Part shown: positions 42,670 to 59,166 of the stretch, piece by piece
Position numbering within the stretch: the stretch's first letter is position 1
How the letters are laid out: each line of letters begins with the position of its first letter
Source of the DNA: Escherichia coli
Lineage (GTDB): Bacteria; Pseudomonadota; Gammaproteobacteria; Enterobacterales; Enterobacteriaceae
DNA length: 64,000 bases
Assembly (NCBI RefSeq): GCF_024502345.1
Contig: NZ_JALDNN010000001.1
Strand: one strand, 5' to 3'
Position numbers and translations under genes: made by a program
The notes under the pieces: generated by a model
Told to the model about the DNA's origin: nothing
Database searches by the model: none
The model's input: only the letters and a program-made list of their open reading frames with translations

Positions 42670-44649
42670 ATGTTTAGGTTGAACCCTTTCGTACGGGTCG
42701 GGCTGTGTTTGTCCGCTATTTCTTGTGCATGGCCTGTGTTAGCGGTCGATGATGATGGCGAAACGATGGTTGTCACTGCATCTTCCGTTGAACAAAACCT
42801 TAAAGATGCACCCGCCAGTATCAGCGTCATTACCCAGGAAGACCTGCAGCGAAAACCGGTACAGAATCTGAAGGATGTCCTCAAAGAAGTGCCTGGCGTA
42901 CAACTGACGAACGAAGGGGATAACCGTAAGGGCGTTAGTATTCGTGGTCTGGACAGCAGCTACACCCTGATTCTTGTCGACGGTAAACGCGTTAACTCCC
43001 GCAATGCCGTCTTCCGCCACAATGATTTCGATCTGAACTGGATCCCGGTCGATTCCATCGAACGTATTGAAGTGGTCCGTGGCCCGATGTCGTCGCTGTA
43101 CGGTTCCGATGCGCTCGGCGGTGTAGTGAATATCATCACCAAAAAAATCGGTCAGAAATGGTCGGGTACCGTTACCGTCGATACCACCATTCAGGAACAT
43201 CGCGATCGCGGTGATACCTATAACGGTCAGTTCTTTACCAGCGGACCATTAATTGACGGTGTGCTAGGAATGAAAGCTTACGGCAGCCTGGCAAAACGTG
43301 AAAAGGATGACCCGCAAAACTCAACGACCACCGATACTGGAGAAACGCCGCGTATTGAAGGATTCTCCAGCCGCGACGGCAATGTCGAATTTGCCTGGAC
43401 ACCGAATCAAAATCACGATTTTACTGCCGGATACGGTTTCGACCGTCAGGATCGTGATTCCGACTCGCTGGACAAAAACCGCCTGGAACGCCAGAACTAC
43501 TCCGTCAGCCATAATGGGCGTTGGGATTACGGCACCAGCGAACTGAAATACTACGGTGAGAAAGTCGAGAACAAAAACCCTGGCAACAGCAGCCCGATAA
43601 CTTCCGAAAGCAATACGGTCGACGGCAAATACACGTTGCCGCTGACGGCGATTAATCAGTTTCTCACGGTTGGCGGTGAATGGCGTCACGACAAACTTAG
43701 CGATGCGGTGAACCTGACCGGGGGAACCAGCTCCAAAACGTCTGCCAGCCAGTACGCGCTGTTTGTGGAAGATGAATGGCGGATCTTCGAGCCGCTGGCG
43801 CTGACGACCGGCGTGCGTATGGACGATCACGAAACCTACGGTGAACACTGGAGTCCGCGTGCCTACCTGGTTTATAACGCCACCGACACCGTAACGGTGA
43901 AAGGGGGCTGGGCGACGGCATTTAAAGCACCTTCTCTGTTGCAACTTAGCCCTGACTGGACGAGCAATTCCTGCCGTGGCGCATGTAAGATTGTGGGTAG
44001 CCCGGATCTGAAACCAGAAACCAGCGAAAGTTGGGAGCTGGGGCTTTACTACATGGGTGAAGAAGGCTGGCTGGAAGGGGTTGAATCCAGCGTTACCGTT
44101 TTCCGTAACGATGTGAAAGATCGTATCAGCATCAGCCGTACGTCTGACGTCAATGCTGCACCGGGCTACCAAAACTTTGTTGGTTTTACAGCGAACGGTG
44201 TGCCGGTATTTAGCTACTACAACGTTAACAAAGCACGTATTCAGGGCGTGGAAACCGAGCTGAAAATTCCGTTCAACGATGAATGGAAACTGTCACTCAA
44301 CTACACCTACAACGATGGTCGTGATGTCAGCAACGGCGAAAACAAACCGCTATCCGATCTGCCGTTCCATACCGCTAACGGTACGCTGGACTGGAAACCG
44401 CTGGCGCTGGAAGACTGGTCATTCTATGTTTCTGGTCACTATACCGGGCAGAAACGAGCCGACAGCGCGACGGCTAAAACACCGGGCGGTTATACCATCT
44501 GGAATACCGGCGCGGCCTGGCAGGTGACTAAAGACGTCAAACTGCGCGCAGGCGTGCTGAACCTTGGCGACAAGGATCTCAGTCGTGACGACTACAGCTA
44601 TAACGAAGACGGACGTCGTTACTTTATGGCAGTGGATTATCGCTTCTGA
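42670..44649 (+). CDS. cirA: TonB-dependent catecholate siderophore / colicin I receptor CirA
   Basis: 659-aa product with signal peptide, TonB-box plug and C-terminal ...YRF beta-barrel terminus. Confidence 0.95.
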   Translation: MFRLNPFVRVGLCLSAISCAWPVLAVDDDGETMVVTASSVEQNLKDAPASISVITQEDLQRKPVQNLKDVLKEVPGVQLTNEGDNRKGVSIRGLDSSYTLILVDGKRVNSRNAVFRHNDFDLNWIPVDSIERIEVVRGPMSSLYGSDALGGVVNIITKKIGQKWSGTVTVDTTIQEHRDRGDTYNGQFFTSGPLIDGVLGMKAYGSLAKREKDDPQNSTTTDTGETPRIEGFSSRDGNVEFAWTPNQNHDFTAGYGFDRQDRDSDSLDKNRLERQNYSVSHNGRWDYGTSELKYYGEKVENKNPGNSSPITSESNTVDGKYTLPLTAINQFLTVGGEWRHDKLSDAVNLTGGTSSKTSASQYALFVEDEWRIFEPLALTTGVRMDDHETYGEHWSPRAYLVYNATDTVTVKGGWATAFKAPSLLQLSPDWTSNSCRGACKIVGSPDLKPETSESWELGLYYMGEEGWLEGVESSVTVFRNDVKDRISISRTSDVNAAPGYQNFVGFTANGVPVFSYYNVNKARIQGVETELKIPFNDEWKLSLNYTYNDGRDVSNGENKPLSDLPFHTANGTLDWKPLALEDWSFYVSGHYTGQKRADSATAKTPGGYTIWNTGAAWQVTKDVKLRAGVLNLGDKDLSRDDYSYNEDGRRYFMAVDYRF

Positions 44650-44680
44650 TAAGAAGATGCCCGGCGAACCGGGCGGACTT

Positions 44681-45550
<870 letters not shown>

Positions 45551-45774
45551 TCATCATACCGTTTATTCAGTGTGCTGTGAGTAACTTTCACTTCCGTATT
45601 TGCATAACGATGTTTTAACATCTGCTGATGAAAGGCAGCGGCAATTACAATAATTATCGCTGTGAATACTGGATTATGTGCGCCGCCTCACGCACAATAA
45701 TCAGGCTGTAAATCAGCTTAATAACTTTGCCCCCACGCAGGGCGGAGGCGTCACACCTGCAGGAGAAATCATAA

Positions 45775-46443
45775 ATGCCATCACTCAGTAAAGAAGCGGC
45801 CCTGGTTCATGAAGCGTTAGTTGCGCGAGGACTGGAAACACCGCTGCGCCCGCCCGTGCATGAAATGGATAACGAAACGCGCAAAAGCCTTATTGCTGGT
45901 CATATGACCGAAATCATGCAGCTGCTGAATCTCGACCTGGCTGATGACAGTTTGATGGAAACACCGCATCGCATCGCTAAAATGTATGTCGATGAAATTT
46001 TCTCCGGTCTGGATTACGCCAACTTCCCGAAAATCACCCTCATTGAAAACAAAATGAAGGTCGATGAAATGGTCACCGTGCGCGATATCACTCTGACCAG
46101 TACCTGTGAACACCATTTTGTTACCATCGATGGCAAAGCGACGGTGGCTTATATCCCGAAAGATTCGGTGATCGGTCTGTCAAAAATTAACCGTATTGTG
46201 CAGTTCTTTGCCCAGCGTCCGCAGGTGCAGGAACGTCTGACGCAGCAAATTCTCATTGCGCTACAAACGCTGCTGGGCACCAATAACGTGGCTGTCTCTA
46301 TCGACGCGGTGCATTACTGCGTGAAGGCGCGAGGCATCCGCGATGCAACCAGTGCCACGACAACGACCTCTCTTGGTGGATTGTTCAAATCCAGTCAGAA
46401 TACGCGCCACGAGTTTCTGCGCGCTGTGCGTCATCACAACTGA
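45775..46443 (+). CDS. folE: GTP cyclohydrolase I
   Basis: 222-aa product recognised as FolE. Confidence 0.95.
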
Positions 46444-46459
46444 TTAAAAGGCAGGAACC

Positions 46460-47617
46460 ATGGAGCGCAACGTCACGCTCGATTTTGTTCGCGGCGTCGC
46501 CATTCTGGGGATCCTGCTATTAAACATCAGCGCCTTTGGGCTACCAAAGGCGGCTTATCTTAATCCCGCCTGGTACGGCGCTATTACGCCGCAGGATGCA
46601 TGGACCTGGGCATTTCTCGATCTCATCGGCCAGGTGAAATTCCTCACGCTTTTTGCGCTGCTGTTTGGTGCTGGCCTGCAAATGTTGCTGCCCCGTGGCA
46701 GACGCTGGATCCAGTCGCGGTTAACGCTGTTAGTCTTGCTGGGCTTTATTCACGGTTTATTGTTCTGGGACGGCGATATTCTGCTGGCTTACGGGCTGGT
46801 GGGCTTAATCTGCTGGCGGCTGGTGCGCGATGCGCCATCGGTAAAAAGCCTGTTTAATACCGGCGTCATGCTTTATCTGGTGGGGCTTGGCGTTTTGCTG
46901 TTATTGGGGTTGATTTCCGATAGCCAGACCAGCCGCGCCTGGACGCCGGATGCATCGGCTATTTTGTATGAAAAATACTGGAAGCTTCACGGCGGCGTTG
47001 AAGCGATCAGTAATCGTGCCGATGGTGTTGGCAACAGTTTACTGGCACTGGGCGCACAGTATGGCTGGCAACTGGCAGGGATGATGCTCATTGGTGCGGC
47101 GCTGATGCGCAGCGGCTGGCTGAAAGGGCAGTTCAGCTTACGTCACTATCGTCGTACTGGTTTTGTGCTGGCGGCGATTGGGGTGACCATTAACCTTCCT
47201 GCCATCGCCCTGCAATGGCAGCTGGACTGGGCGTATCGCTGGTGTGCCTTCTTACTTCAAATGCCGCGGGAACTGAGTGCGCCGTTTCAGGCGATTGGCT
47301 ATGCGTCGCTTTTTTATGGTTTCTGGCCGCAATTGAGCCGCTTTAAGCTGGTGCTTGCGATCGCCTGCGTCGGACGGATGGCGCTGACCAACTATCTATT
47401 GCAAACGCTGATTTGTACCACGCTTTTTTACCACCTCGGTTTGTTTATGCATTTTGACCGCCTGGAGCTGCTGGCGTTTGTTATTCCGGTATGGCTGGCG
47501 AATATCCTCTTCTCTGTTATCTGGCTGCGTTACTTCCGCCAGGGGCCGGTGGAATGGCTCTGGCGTCAGTTAACTTTGCGTGCTGCCGGACCGGCAATAT
47601 CTAAAACATCAAGATAA
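46460..47617 (+). CDS. yeiB: DUF418-family inner membrane protein YeiB
   Basis: 385-aa multi-TM product recognised as YeiB. Confidence 0.85.
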   Translation: MERNVTLDFVRGVAILGILLLNISAFGLPKAAYLNPAWYGAITPQDAWTWAFLDLIGQVKFLTLFALLFGAGLQMLLPRGRRWIQSRLTLLVLLGFIHGLLFWDGDILLAYGLVGLICWRLVRDAPSVKSLFNTGVMLYLVGLGVLLLLGLISDSQTSRAWTPDASAILYEKYWKLHGGVEAISNRADGVGNSLLALGAQYGWQLAGMMLIGAALMRSGWLKGQFSLRHYRRTGFVLAAIGVTINLPAIALQWQLDWAYRWCAFLLQMPRELSAPFQAIGYASLFYGFWPQLSRFKLVLAIACVGRMALTNYLLQTLICTTLFYHLGLFMHFDRLELLAFVIPVWLANILFSVIWLRYFRQGPVEWLWRQLTLRAAGPAISKTSR

Positions 47618-47758
47618 CGATCTGGATCACATTCGTTAACAAAACGGCTGTAACCGTTTCCATTGCTGTGACTCGATTCACGAAGTCCTGTATTCAGTGC
47701 TGACAAAATAGCCGGCAGCAAGCAGTCATTTACTGCAATCTCATAACAGGTAGTGAAT

Positions 47759-48799
47759 ATGATCACCATTCGTGATGTAGCGCGTCAGGCTGGCGTCTCT
47801 GTGGCAACGGTTTCCCGGGTGCTCAATAACAGCACGCTGGTCAGTGCCGACACGCGTGAAGCAGTAATGAAAGCCGTGAGTGAGCTGGATTATCGGCCAA
47901 ACGCCAATGCCCAGGCGCTGGCAACTCAGGTTAGCGACACCATTGGCGTGGTGGTGATGGACGTTTCTGATGCGTTTTTCGGCGCGCTGATAAAAGCGGT
48001 GGATCTGGTCGCTCAGCAGCATCAGAAATACGTGCTAATCGGCAATAGCTATCATGAAGCGGAAAAAGAGCGTCACGCCATTGAGGTGTTAATTCGCCAG
48101 CGTTGTAATGCGTTGATTGTTCACTCAAAAGCATTGAGTGACGATGAACTGGCGCAATTTATGGATAACATTCCCGGTATGGTGTTAATCAACCGCGTTG
48201 TGCCGGGGTTCGCCCATCGTTGCGTTTGCCTGGATAATCTCAGCGGTGCCCGAATGGCGACGCGCATGTTGCTGAATAACGGTCATCAACGTATTGGTTA
48301 TCTTTCTTCCAGTCACGGCATTGAAGATGACGCCATGCGTAAAGCAGGCTGGATGAGTGCGTTGAAAGAGCAGGATATTATTCCGCCGGAAAGCTGGATT
48401 GGCACTGGCACGCCGGACATGCCGGGCGGTGAGGCGGCGATGGTTGAACTGCTGGGGCGCAATCTACAACTTACCGCTGTATTTGCTTATAACGACAATA
48501 TGGCTGCTGGCGCACTGACAGCATTAAAAGATAATGGCATTGCGATTCCGTTACATCTCTCAATCATCGGTTTCGATGATATTCCCATCGCCCGTTACAC
48601 CGACCCGCAATTAACGACCGTGCGTTATCCCATTGCTTCAATGGCTAAATTAGCCACCGAACTGGCCTTGCAGGGGGCAGCAGGCAATATTGATCCTCGT
48701 GCCAGCCACTGTTTTATGCCGACGTTAGTGCGTCGCCATTCTGTCGCAACGCGCCAGAATGCGGCGGCGATCACTAACTCAACAAATCAGGCGATGTAA
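47759..48799 (+). CDS. galS: LacI-family galactose isorepressor GalS
   Basis: N-terminal LacI HTH ([24 protein letters not shown]); the ORF begins 2 codons upstream at 47753. Confidence 0.9.
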   Translation: MITIRDVARQAGVSVATVSRVLNNSTLVSADTREAVMKAVSELDYRPNANAQALATQVSDTIGVVVMDVSDAFFGALIKAVDLVAQQHQKYVLIGNSYHEAEKERHAIEVLIRQRCNALIVHSKALSDDELAQFMDNIPGMVLINRVVPGFAHRCVCLDNLSGARMATRMLLNNGHQRIGYLSSSHGIEDDAMRKAGWMSALKEQDIIPPESWIGTGTPDMPGGEAAMVELLGRNLQLTAVFAYNDNMAAGALTALKDNGIAIPLHLSIIGFDDIPIARYTDPQLTTVRYPIASMAKLATELALQGAAGNIDPRASHCFMPTLVRRHSVATRQNAAAITNSTNQAM

Positions 48800-48809
48800 C
48801 CGCTTTCAA
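48794..48809. promoter_or_regulatory. GalS/GalR operator candidate of the mgl promoter
   Basis: ATGTAACCGCTTTCAA matches the 16-bp GalR/GalS operator consensus at 11 of 16 positions; overlaps the galS stop codon. Confidence 0.45.
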
Positions 48810-48811
48810 TC

Positions 48812-48827
48812 TGTGAGTGATTTCACA
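48812..48827. promoter_or_regulatory. CRP binding site candidate of the mgl promoter
   Basis: TGTGAGTGATTTCACA, both consensus half-sites (TGTGA-N6-TCACA) intact. Confidence 0.65.
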
Positions 48828-49078
48828 GTATCTTAACAATGTGATAGCTATGATTGCACCGTTTTAACGTTGTAACCCGTATGTAACAGTGAATAATCAC
48901 TTTCACCGAGGTAATAGCGTCATAACAACAATTAAAGCCGTTTTCTGGAGCGTTACCGGGCATGGAAGAACGAATTTTAAAAAGTGAGCTTCGGCGTTCA
49001 GTAACACTTCATTAACTCTACTGCCCCGCCGAGCATTTATCTCAAGCACTACCCTGCATAAGAAAAACCGGAGATACC

Positions 49079-50077
49079 ATGAATAAGAAGGTGTTAACCC
49101 TGTCTGCTGTGATGGCCAGCATGTTATTCGGTGCCGCTGCACACGCTGCTGATACTCGCATTGGTGTAACAATCTATAAGTACGACGATAACTTTATGTC
49201 TGTAGTGCGCAAGGCTATTGAGCAAGATGCGAAAGCCGCGCCAGATGTTCAGCTGCTGATGAATGATTCTCAGAATGACCAGTCCAAGCAGAACGATCAG
49301 ATCGACGTATTGCTGGCGAAAGGGGTGAAGGCACTGGCAATCAACCTGGTTGACCCGGCAGCTGCGGGTACGGTGATTGAGAAAGCGCGTGGGCAAAACG
49401 TGCCGGTGGTTTTCTTCAACAAAGAACCGTCTCGTAAGGCGCTGGATAGCTACGACAAAGCCTACTACGTTGGCACTGACTCCAAAGAGTCCGGCATTAT
49501 TCAGGGCGATTTGATTGCTAAACACTGGGCGGCGAATCAGGGTTGGGATCTGAACAAAGACGGTCAGATTCAGTTCGTACTGCTGAAAGGTGAACCGGGC
49601 CATCCGGATGCAGAAGCACGTACCACTTACGTGATTAAAGAATTGAACGATAAAGGCATCAAAACTGAACAGTTACAGTTAGATACCGCAATGTGGGACA
49701 CCGCTCAGGCGAAAGATAAGATGGACGCCTGGCTGTCTGGCCCGAACGCCAACAAAATCGAAGTGGTTATCGCCAACAACGATGCGATGGCAATGGGCGC
49801 GGTAGAAGCACTGAAAGCACACAACAAGTCCAGCATTCCGGTGTTTGGCGTCGATGCGCTGCCAGAAGCGCTGGCGCTGGTGAAATCCGGTGCACTGGCG
49901 GGCACAGTACTGAACGATGCTAACAACCAGGCGAAAGCGACCTTTGATCTGGCGAAAAACCTGGCCGATGGCAAAGGTGCGGCTGATGGCACCAACTGGA
50001 AAATCGACAACAAAGTGGTCCGCGTACCTTATGTTGGCGTAGATAAAGACAACCTGGCTGAATTCAGCAAGAAATAA
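49079..50077 (+). CDS. mglB: periplasmic galactose/glucose-binding protein MglB
   Basis: 332-aa product with signal peptide; recognised as MglB. Confidence 0.95.
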   Translation: MNKKVLTLSAVMASMLFGAAAHAADTRIGVTIYKYDDNFMSVVRKAIEQDAKAAPDVQLLMNDSQNDQSKQNDQIDVLLAKGVKALAINLVDPAAAGTVIEKARGQNVPVVFFNKEPSRKALDSYDKAYYVGTDSKESGIIQGDLIAKHWAANQGWDLNKDGQIQFVLLKGEPGHPDAEARTTYVIKELNDKGIKTEQLQLDTAMWDTAQAKDKMDAWLSGPNANKIEVVIANNDAMAMGAVEALKAHNKSSIPVFGVDALPEALALVKSGALAGTVLNDANNQAKATFDLAKNLADGKGAADGTNWKIDNKVVRVPYVGVDKDNLAEFSKK

Positions 50078-50137
50078 GACTGATTGGGCGCAGTCGTTTA
50101 CTGCGCCCTTATTGTATGGCCAACAAGGTAAAATTAT

Positions 50138-51658
50138 ATGGTCAGCTCAACGACTCCGTCTTCCGGGGAATACTTGTTGGAAATGAGCGGTATCAACAAG
50201 TCCTTTCCTGGTGTTAAGGCACTTGATAACGTTAATTTAAAAGTCCGGCCACATTCTATCCATGCATTAATGGGGGAAAACGGTGCAGGAAAATCGACAT
50301 TATTAAAATGCCTGTTTGGTATTTATCAAAAAGACTCCGGCACCATTTTATTCCAGGGTAAAGAGATCGATTTCCATTCCGCCAAAGAGGCACTGGAAAA
50401 TGGTATTTCGATGGTACACCAGGAGTTAAACCTGGTATTACAACGTTCGGTGATGGATAACATGTGGCTGGGGCGATATCCCACCAAAGGCATGTTTGTC
50501 GATCAGGACAAAATGTACCGCGAAACCAAAGCGATTTTTGATGAACTGGATATTGATATCGATCCGCGTGCGCGCGTCGGCACATTATCCGTTTCGCAAA
50601 TGCAGATGATCGAAATCGCAAAAGCGTTTTCCTATAACGCGAAAATTGTGATTATGGATGAACCGACTTCTTCGTTAACCGAAAAAGAGGTCAATCATCT
50701 GTTCACTATTATTCGTAAATTAAAAGAGCGCGGCTGCGGTATTGTTTATATCTCGCATAAAATGGAAGAAATCTTCCAGTTATGTGATGAAGTTACCGTA
50801 TTGCGCGACGGTCAGTGGATCGCCACCGAACCGCTGGCAGGACTGACGATGGACAAGATCATCGCCATGATGGTTGGGCGTTCTCTTAACCAGCGTTTCC
50901 CTGACAAAGAAAACAAGCCGGGCGAAGTCATCCTCGAGGTGCGTAACCTGACGTCACTGCGCCAGCCGTCGATCCGTGATGTCTCGTTTGATCTGCATAA
51001 AGGGGAGATCCTCGGTATTGCCGGTCTGGTGGGGGCGAAACGTACCGATATTGTTGAGACGTTATTTGGTATTCGCGAGAAATCGGCTGGCACCATTACG
51101 TTGCACGGCAAAAAGATCAATAACCATAATGCCAACGAAGCCATAAACCACGGATTTGCACTGGTAACTGAGGAGCGCCGCTCAACGGGGATTTATGCCT
51201 ATCTGGATATTGGTTTTAACTCGTTAATTTCCAATATTCGCAACTACAAAAATAAAGTTGGTTTACTGGATAACTCGCGGATGAAAAGCGATACCCAGTG
51301 GGTGATTGATTCGATGCGGGTAAAAACACCGGGGCATCGGACGCAAATTGGTTCGCTCTCCGGTGGTAATCAGCAAAAGGTGATTATTGGGCGCTGGCTA
51401 CTAACGCAACCGGAAATATTAATGCTCGATGAACCGACGCGCGGTATTGATGTCGGGGCGAAGTTTGAGATCTATCAGTTAATTGCCGAACTGGCGAAGA
51501 AAGGCAAGGGGATTATTATTATCTCCTCTGAAATGCCTGAGTTGTTAGGGATAACAGACCGTATTCTGGTCATGAGCAATGGTCTCGTTTCCGGAATTGT
51601 CGATACAAAAACAACAACGCAAAACGAAATTCTGCGTCTTGCGTCTTTGCACCTTTAA
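50138..51658 (+). CDS. mglA: galactose/methyl-galactoside ABC transporter ATPase MglA
   Basis: 506-aa product with duplicated ABC domains (GENGAGKST Walker A). Confidence 0.95.
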   Translation: MVSSTTPSSGEYLLEMSGINKSFPGVKALDNVNLKVRPHSIHALMGENGAGKSTLLKCLFGIYQKDSGTILFQGKEIDFHSAKEALENGISMVHQELNLVLQRSVMDNMWLGRYPTKGMFVDQDKMYRETKAIFDELDIDIDPRARVGTLSVSQMQMIEIAKAFSYNAKIVIMDEPTSSLTEKEVNHLFTIIRKLKERGCGIVYISHKMEEIFQLCDEVTVLRDGQWIATEPLAGLTMDKIIAMMVGRSLNQRFPDKENKPGEVILEVRNLTSLRQPSIRDVSFDLHKGEILGIAGLVGAKRTDIVETLFGIREKSAGTITLHGKKINNHNANEAINHGFALVTEERRSTGIYAYLDIGFNSLISNIRNYKNKVGLLDNSRMKSDTQWVIDSMRVKTPGHRTQIGSLSGGNQQKVIIGRWLLTQPEILMLDEPTRGIDVGAKFEIYQLIAELAKKGKGIIIISSEMPELLGITDRILVMSNGLVSGIVDTKTTTQNEILRLASLHL

Positions 51659-51673
51659 GATTAGGGGCTTCCC

Positions 51674-52684
51674 ATGAGTGCGTTAAATAAGAAAAGTTTT
51701 CTTACTTACCTGAAAGAGGGCGGTATTTACGTCGTTCTTTTAGTTTTGCTGGCGATTATTATTTTCCAGGACCCAACATTTTTAAGTCTGTTGAACTTAA
51801 GTAATATTCTCACCCAGTCATCGGTGCGTATTATTATCGCGCTCGGCGTGGCAGGGTTAATTGTCACCCAGGGGACCGACCTTTCTGCGGGGCGTCAGGT
51901 AGGGCTGGCGGCAGTGGTGGCAGCGACATTATTGCAGTCCATGGATAACGCCAACAAAGTGTTCCCGGAAATGGCGACGATGCCGATTGCGCTGGTTATT
52001 CTGATTGTCTGTGCCATTGGTGCGGTGATCGGTTTGATCAACGGTCTGATTATCGCTTATCTCAACGTGACGCCGTTCATTACCACGCTCGGCACGATGA
52101 TCATCGTCTATGGCATCAACTCGCTCTATTACGACTTTGTCGGGGCGTCGCCAATTTCTGGATTTGACAGTGGCTTCTCTACCTTTGCTCAGGGCTTTGT
52201 CGCGCTGGGGAGTTTCCGTCTCTCTTACATCACCTTCTACGCGTTGATTGCGGTGGCGTTCGTCTGGGTGTTGTGGAACAAAACCCGCTTCGGTAAGAAC
52301 ATTTTTGCTATTGGCGGTAACCCGGAAGCGGCAAAAGTATCTGGTGTCAATGTCGGCCTGAACCTGCTGATGATCTACGCGTTGTCTGGTGTGTTCTATG
52401 CCTTCGGCGGGATGTTAGAAGCCGGACGTATCGGCTCTGCCACCAACAACCTCGGCTTTATGTATGAACTGGATGCTATCGCGGCGTGCGTGGTAGGCGG
52501 TGTATCGTTCAGCGGCGGTGTGGGGACGGTGATTGGCGTGGTGACCGGGGTAATTATTTTTACCGTCATCAACTATGGCCTGACGTATATCGGCGTAAAC
52601 CCATACTGGCAGTACATCATCAAAGGGGCGATTATTATCTTCGCCGTAGCGCTGGATTCACTGAAATACGCGCGTAAGAAGTGA
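51674..52684 (+). CDS. mglC: galactose ABC transporter permease MglC
   Basis: 336-aa multi-TM product recognised as MglC. Confidence 0.95.
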   Translation: MSALNKKSFLTYLKEGGIYVVLLVLLAIIIFQDPTFLSLLNLSNILTQSSVRIIIALGVAGLIVTQGTDLSAGRQVGLAAVVAATLLQSMDNANKVFPEMATMPIALVILIVCAIGAVIGLINGLIIAYLNVTPFITTLGTMIIVYGINSLYYDFVGASPISGFDSGFSTFAQGFVALGSFRLSYITFYALIAVAFVWVLWNKTRFGKNIFAIGGNPEAAKVSGVNVGLNLLMIYALSGVFYAFGGMLEAGRIGSATNNLGFMYELDAIAACVVGGVSFSGGVGTVIGVVTGVIIFTVINYGLTYIGVNPYWQYIIKGAIIIFAVALDSLKYARKK

Positions 52685-52743
52685 TGTGATTGTGGTCCGC
52701 ATTCGGTCATAAACGCACATAACATCATGATCTGTGTGGTTTT

Positions 52744-52918
52744 GTAGGCCGGATAAGGCGTTCACGCCGCATCCGGCGACAGGAGCCAAATGCCGGATGC
52801 AACGCTGGCGCGTTTTATCCGGCCTACAATGAGTTCAACATACTGATTTGTATGGTTTTGTAGGCCGGATAAGGCGTTCAAGCCGCATCCGGCGACAGGA
52901 ACTAAATGCCGGATGCGT
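52744..52918. repeat. BIME: cluster of REP/PU palindromic units
   Basis: Two near-identical copies of TAGGCCGGATAAGGCGTTCA(C/A)GCCGCATCCGGCGACAGG with inverted partner units, between mglC and preA. Confidence 0.85.
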
Positions 52919-52926
52919 CTCTGGTT

Positions 52927-54162
52927 TTACAACGTTACCGGGTGTTCTTTCTCGCCTTTCTTAAACTTCACTTCCCCGAGCTCAATACAACCCACCGGGC
53001 AGACGTGACCACAAAGCAGACAACCCACACATTTCTCGGTATTACAATGCGGTGTGCGGGTTTTCTCGCTCCATTCCATCGCCTGGTGACCGCCGTCGTA
53101 ACAGGAAATATAACAGCGTCCACAGCCAACACATTTATCAAGATTGATACGGGGATAGACAATATAACTGCGGTCTAAATCTTCCGCCGGGACAATATTG
53201 TTATTCGCCAGACCTACCATCTCCTGCAACGAATCAAATCCCTGATCGGCGAGATAATGCGATAACCCGCTCGCCATATCTTCTACGATGCGATAGCCGT
53301 ACTGCATAATGCCGGTGGTGACCTGTAACGTTGCTGCGCCGAGCAATAAAAACTCCGCCGCATCCTCCCAGGTTTCAATGCCGCCGATACCGCTGATTGG
53401 GAAATCGCGCAGTTCTGGATGGGTGCGCATTTGCTGAATGAAGCGCAGGGCGATCGGTTTTACCGCTTTACCGGAATATCCGGAAATACTCGATTTTCCG
53501 TTAACGATCGGCATACCGATTTTCTGATTAAGATCGATATTGGTGATGGATTTAACGGTGTTAATCGCCGCAATGCCATCTGCGCCGCCGCGCTTCGCCG
53601 CCAGCGCCACTTCGCACATATCACCGATATTCGGCGTCATCTTCGCCAGCATTGGCAGCGTGGAACCCCGTTTCACTGCCCGACAATATTTTTCTACCAG
53701 CTCCGGGCTTTGCCCGACATCGCTACCCATCGCATGAGAAGTCATTTGCGGACAGGAGAAGTTACACTCGATCATATCCGCGCCAGCTTCTTGCACCAGG
53801 CGCGCCAGCTCCTCCCATTGCTGCTCATTTTCCCCCATGATCGAAGCGATCAATACTTTGTCCGGGTAATCTTCCTTCAGCCGACGCAGGGCGGCCAGAT
53901 TCTCTTCCAACGGATGTTCAGCAATCTGCTCCATATTTTTGAAGCCGATAAAACCGGTATCTTCTTTCACCAGATGATCAAAACGCGGCGAGACTTCGTT
54001 GGCGATAAAAAAGCCGATCGTTTTAAACACCACACCGCCCCAACCTGTGTCGTAGGCTTTGGCACACATCTCATAGCAGTTGCCTACCGGCGAAGAAGAG
54101 AGGCAGAACGGGTTGGGAAACTTCACGCCGCAAAAAGTAATCGAAAGATCTTTCGTTAACAT
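52927..54162 (-). CDS. preA: NAD-dependent dihydropyrimidine dehydrogenase subunit PreA (YeiA)
   Basis: Dihydroorotate-dehydrogenase-like domain plus C-terminal 2x[4Fe-4S] ferredoxin motifs; start taken at MLTKDLS, the ORF extends to 54168. Confidence 0.9.
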   Translation of the reverse strand: MLTKDLSITFCGVKFPNPFCLSSSPVGNCYEMCAKAYDTGWGGVVFKTIGFFIANEVSPRFDHLVKEDTGFIGFKNMEQIAEHPLEENLAALRRLKEDYPDKVLIASIMGENEQQWEELARLVQEAGADMIECNFSCPQMTSHAMGSDVGQSPELVEKYCRAVKRGSTLPMLAKMTPNIGDMCEVALAAKRGGADGIAAINTVKSITNIDLNQKIGMPIVNGKSSISGYSGKAVKPIALRFIQQMRTHPELRDFPISGIGGIETWEDAAEFLLLGAATLQVTTGIMQYGYRIVEDMASGLSHYLADQGFDSLQEMVGLANNNIVPAEDLDRSYIVYPRINLDKCVGCGRCYISCYDGGHQAMEWSEKTRTPHCNTEKCVGCLLCGHVCPVGCIELGEVKFKKGEKEHPVTL

Positions 54163-55394
54163 GAGCAAGCTCCCTCTAAATAGTGATGAATCGCCTCGGC
54201 GGCTTCTTTCCCGGTTTTCACGGCATAGACCACGGTTTTGTCACCCTCAACAATATCGCCCGCAGCAAAGACTTGCGGATCGCGGGTCTGATAATTTTGT
54301 GTATTGATAGTGTTACGCTGCGGCTCTAACTCCGCAAAGGCATCCAGTCTGGCATGCTGACCGACGGCGAGAATAATTTTATCTGCCGCCATCGTCAGTT
54401 CGCCCGGTAACCGTACATGCTTAAACGTGACTTTATTGCCTTCCACGACTACTGGCGTGAATCCATCGATGATCGAAACGCCCAGCTCTTGGGCGCTGGT
54501 AAACTCTTTTTCGCTTGCCGGAAACTCATCTAACTCTTCACGCGCTACGCAAGTTACCGCCTGACAGCCGAGAACTTTCAGCGTGCTGGCTACGTCCATC
54601 GCGACATCACCGCCGCCGATAATTAATGCGCTTTGTGGAATGCTGATATCGCCTTGCGCCTGTCGTACACGTTGCAGGCAGTCGACGGCAATCTCAACGT
54701 CACTATGCTCAAACAGCGGTAGCCCGGAACCGCTTGATAACCCCACGGTGACCAGTACCGCGCGGTTTTCTGCTTTCAGCTGCTCAAGGGTGAGTGTGTT
54801 ACCGACTTCGTTGTTGCACTTAATGGTCACGCCCATTTTTTCAATACGGGCGATCTCTGCATCCAGCACTGATTGCGGTAACCGGAATTGCGGAATACCG
54901 TTACGCAACCAGCCACCGGGGTGCGCTTCTTTCTCATAAATCGTGACGTCATAACCCTGGTTTGTCAGTGTTACACTGGCCTGCAATCCGGCAGGACCTG
55001 CGCCAATAATCGCGACTTTGCCGAGCGTTTTAGTACCGGGCTGATAAATTTCCATCCCAGTTTGTTGTTCAAAATCAGTAACAAAACGCTGTAAGCGACC
55101 GATATCAATGGGAGTATCAACACCGGCACGGGTACAACCGCTTTGACATAATTTCTCCGTCGGGCACACTCTGGCACAAACGGCACCGAGGGCATTATTT
55201 TCGCGAATTGTCTCGGCAGCGCCTTTAAAATTACGAAAGTAGATTGAGCGAATAAATTTCCCCGGATCGGTCTGTGCCGGGCAAGCCTGACTACAGGGAG
55301 CGTCATGACATAATAAACAGCGAGAGGCTTCTTTAATCGCCAGTAAAGGCGTAAAAGCCGGAGTGAGTTCATCCAGATAATTTTGTTGCGGCAT
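54156..55394 (-). CDS. preT: NAD-dependent dihydropyrimidine dehydrogenase subunit PreT (YeiT)
   Basis: 412-aa product with glutamate-synthase-beta-like FAD/NAD domains (GAGPAG). Confidence 0.9.
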   Translation of the reverse strand: MPQQNYLDELTPAFTPLLAIKEASRCLLCHDAPCSQACPAQTDPGKFIRSIYFRNFKGAAETIRENNALGAVCARVCPTEKLCQSGCTRAGVDTPIDIGRLQRFVTDFEQQTGMEIYQPGTKTLGKVAIIGAGPAGLQASVTLTNQGYDVTIYEKEAHPGGWLRNGIPQFRLPQSVLDAEIARIEKMGVTIKCNNEVGNTLTLEQLKAENRAVLVTVGLSSGSGLPLFEHSDVEIAVDCLQRVRQAQGDISIPQSALIIGGGDVAMDVASTLKVLGCQAVTCVAREELDEFPASEKEFTSAQELGVSIIDGFTPVVVEGNKVTFKHVRLPGELTMAADKIILAVGQHARLDAFAELEPQRNTINTQNYQTRDPQVFAAGDIVEGDKTVVYAVKTGKEAAEAIHHYLEGACSC

Positions 55395-55423
55395 GTGATC
55401 TTCCTTAATGCTATGAGTAATTA

Positions 55424-55552
55424 AGGCGAACGCTAAATATACTCGTCATACTTCAAGTTGCATGTGCTGCGTCTGCGTTCGCTCACCCCAGTCACTTACT
55501 TATGTAAGCTCCTGGGGACTCACTCACTTGTCGCCTTCCTGCAACTCGAATT
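55424..55552. repeat. ERIC (IRU) repetitive element
   Basis: Contains CGCTCACCCCAGTCACTTACTT (reverse complement of the ERIC2 primer) and ATGTAAGCTCCTGGGGA (ERIC1R-like), flanked by the GCGAACGC/GCGTTCGC inverted repeat. Confidence 0.75.
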
Positions 55553-55712
55553 ATTTAGAGTATAAATATTGCGTGCTGATATTAAGGCTATGCGCGTGGG
55601 GAAATTTATACTGTGAAAGGATTCACAAATAGCTGCGGTTCAGAATGTTATATCCGCAGCTTATTGAGTGAAGTAATAATTATTCTCAATAATTAACAGA
55701 AAAGAGAAAATA

Positions 55713-57708
<1,996 letters not shown>

Positions 57709-57837
57709 GGCGTTGCCTCATAATCATGTAATGGGATAACAGTTTACGAACCCGTTATGGCTTTATATGTGATCTGAATCTCATTAATTATGCAACACGT
57801 GAAACTTACATCAAAAATGCGCGACGTATCGCAAATT

Positions 57838-58964
<1,127 letters not shown>

Positions 58965-59166
58965 TTAATTCGTAAAACGTGCTACCGATCACATTAAGAA
59001 ATCAGCGCTTATTTTTTCGCTCCCCGGCATTACGCAATGCGCAACGAACTCAGGCATACATCAAGCATAGAGAGGGATTGCAGTTTGCAGCAATCCCTCT
59101 TTGTAGACCTTTAATCCGCTGACCATAGGCGCTAACATAGCGCCTCATTATTTTGCGGGTGATGAT

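Noticed and set aside
43321-44172. 283-aa minus-strand ORF overlapping cirA
   Set aside because: Antisense shadow ORF inside cirA; His/Arg-rich low-complexity translation.
52686-52930. Possible CRISPR array suggested by repeated about 40-bp units after mglC
   Set aside because: Units are palindromic REP/PU sequences in alternating orientation with irregular spacing, not direct repeats with unique spacers; no cas genes nearby.
53419-54159. 246-aa plus-strand ORF overlapping preA
   Set aside because: Antisense shadow ORF inside the recognised preA gene.
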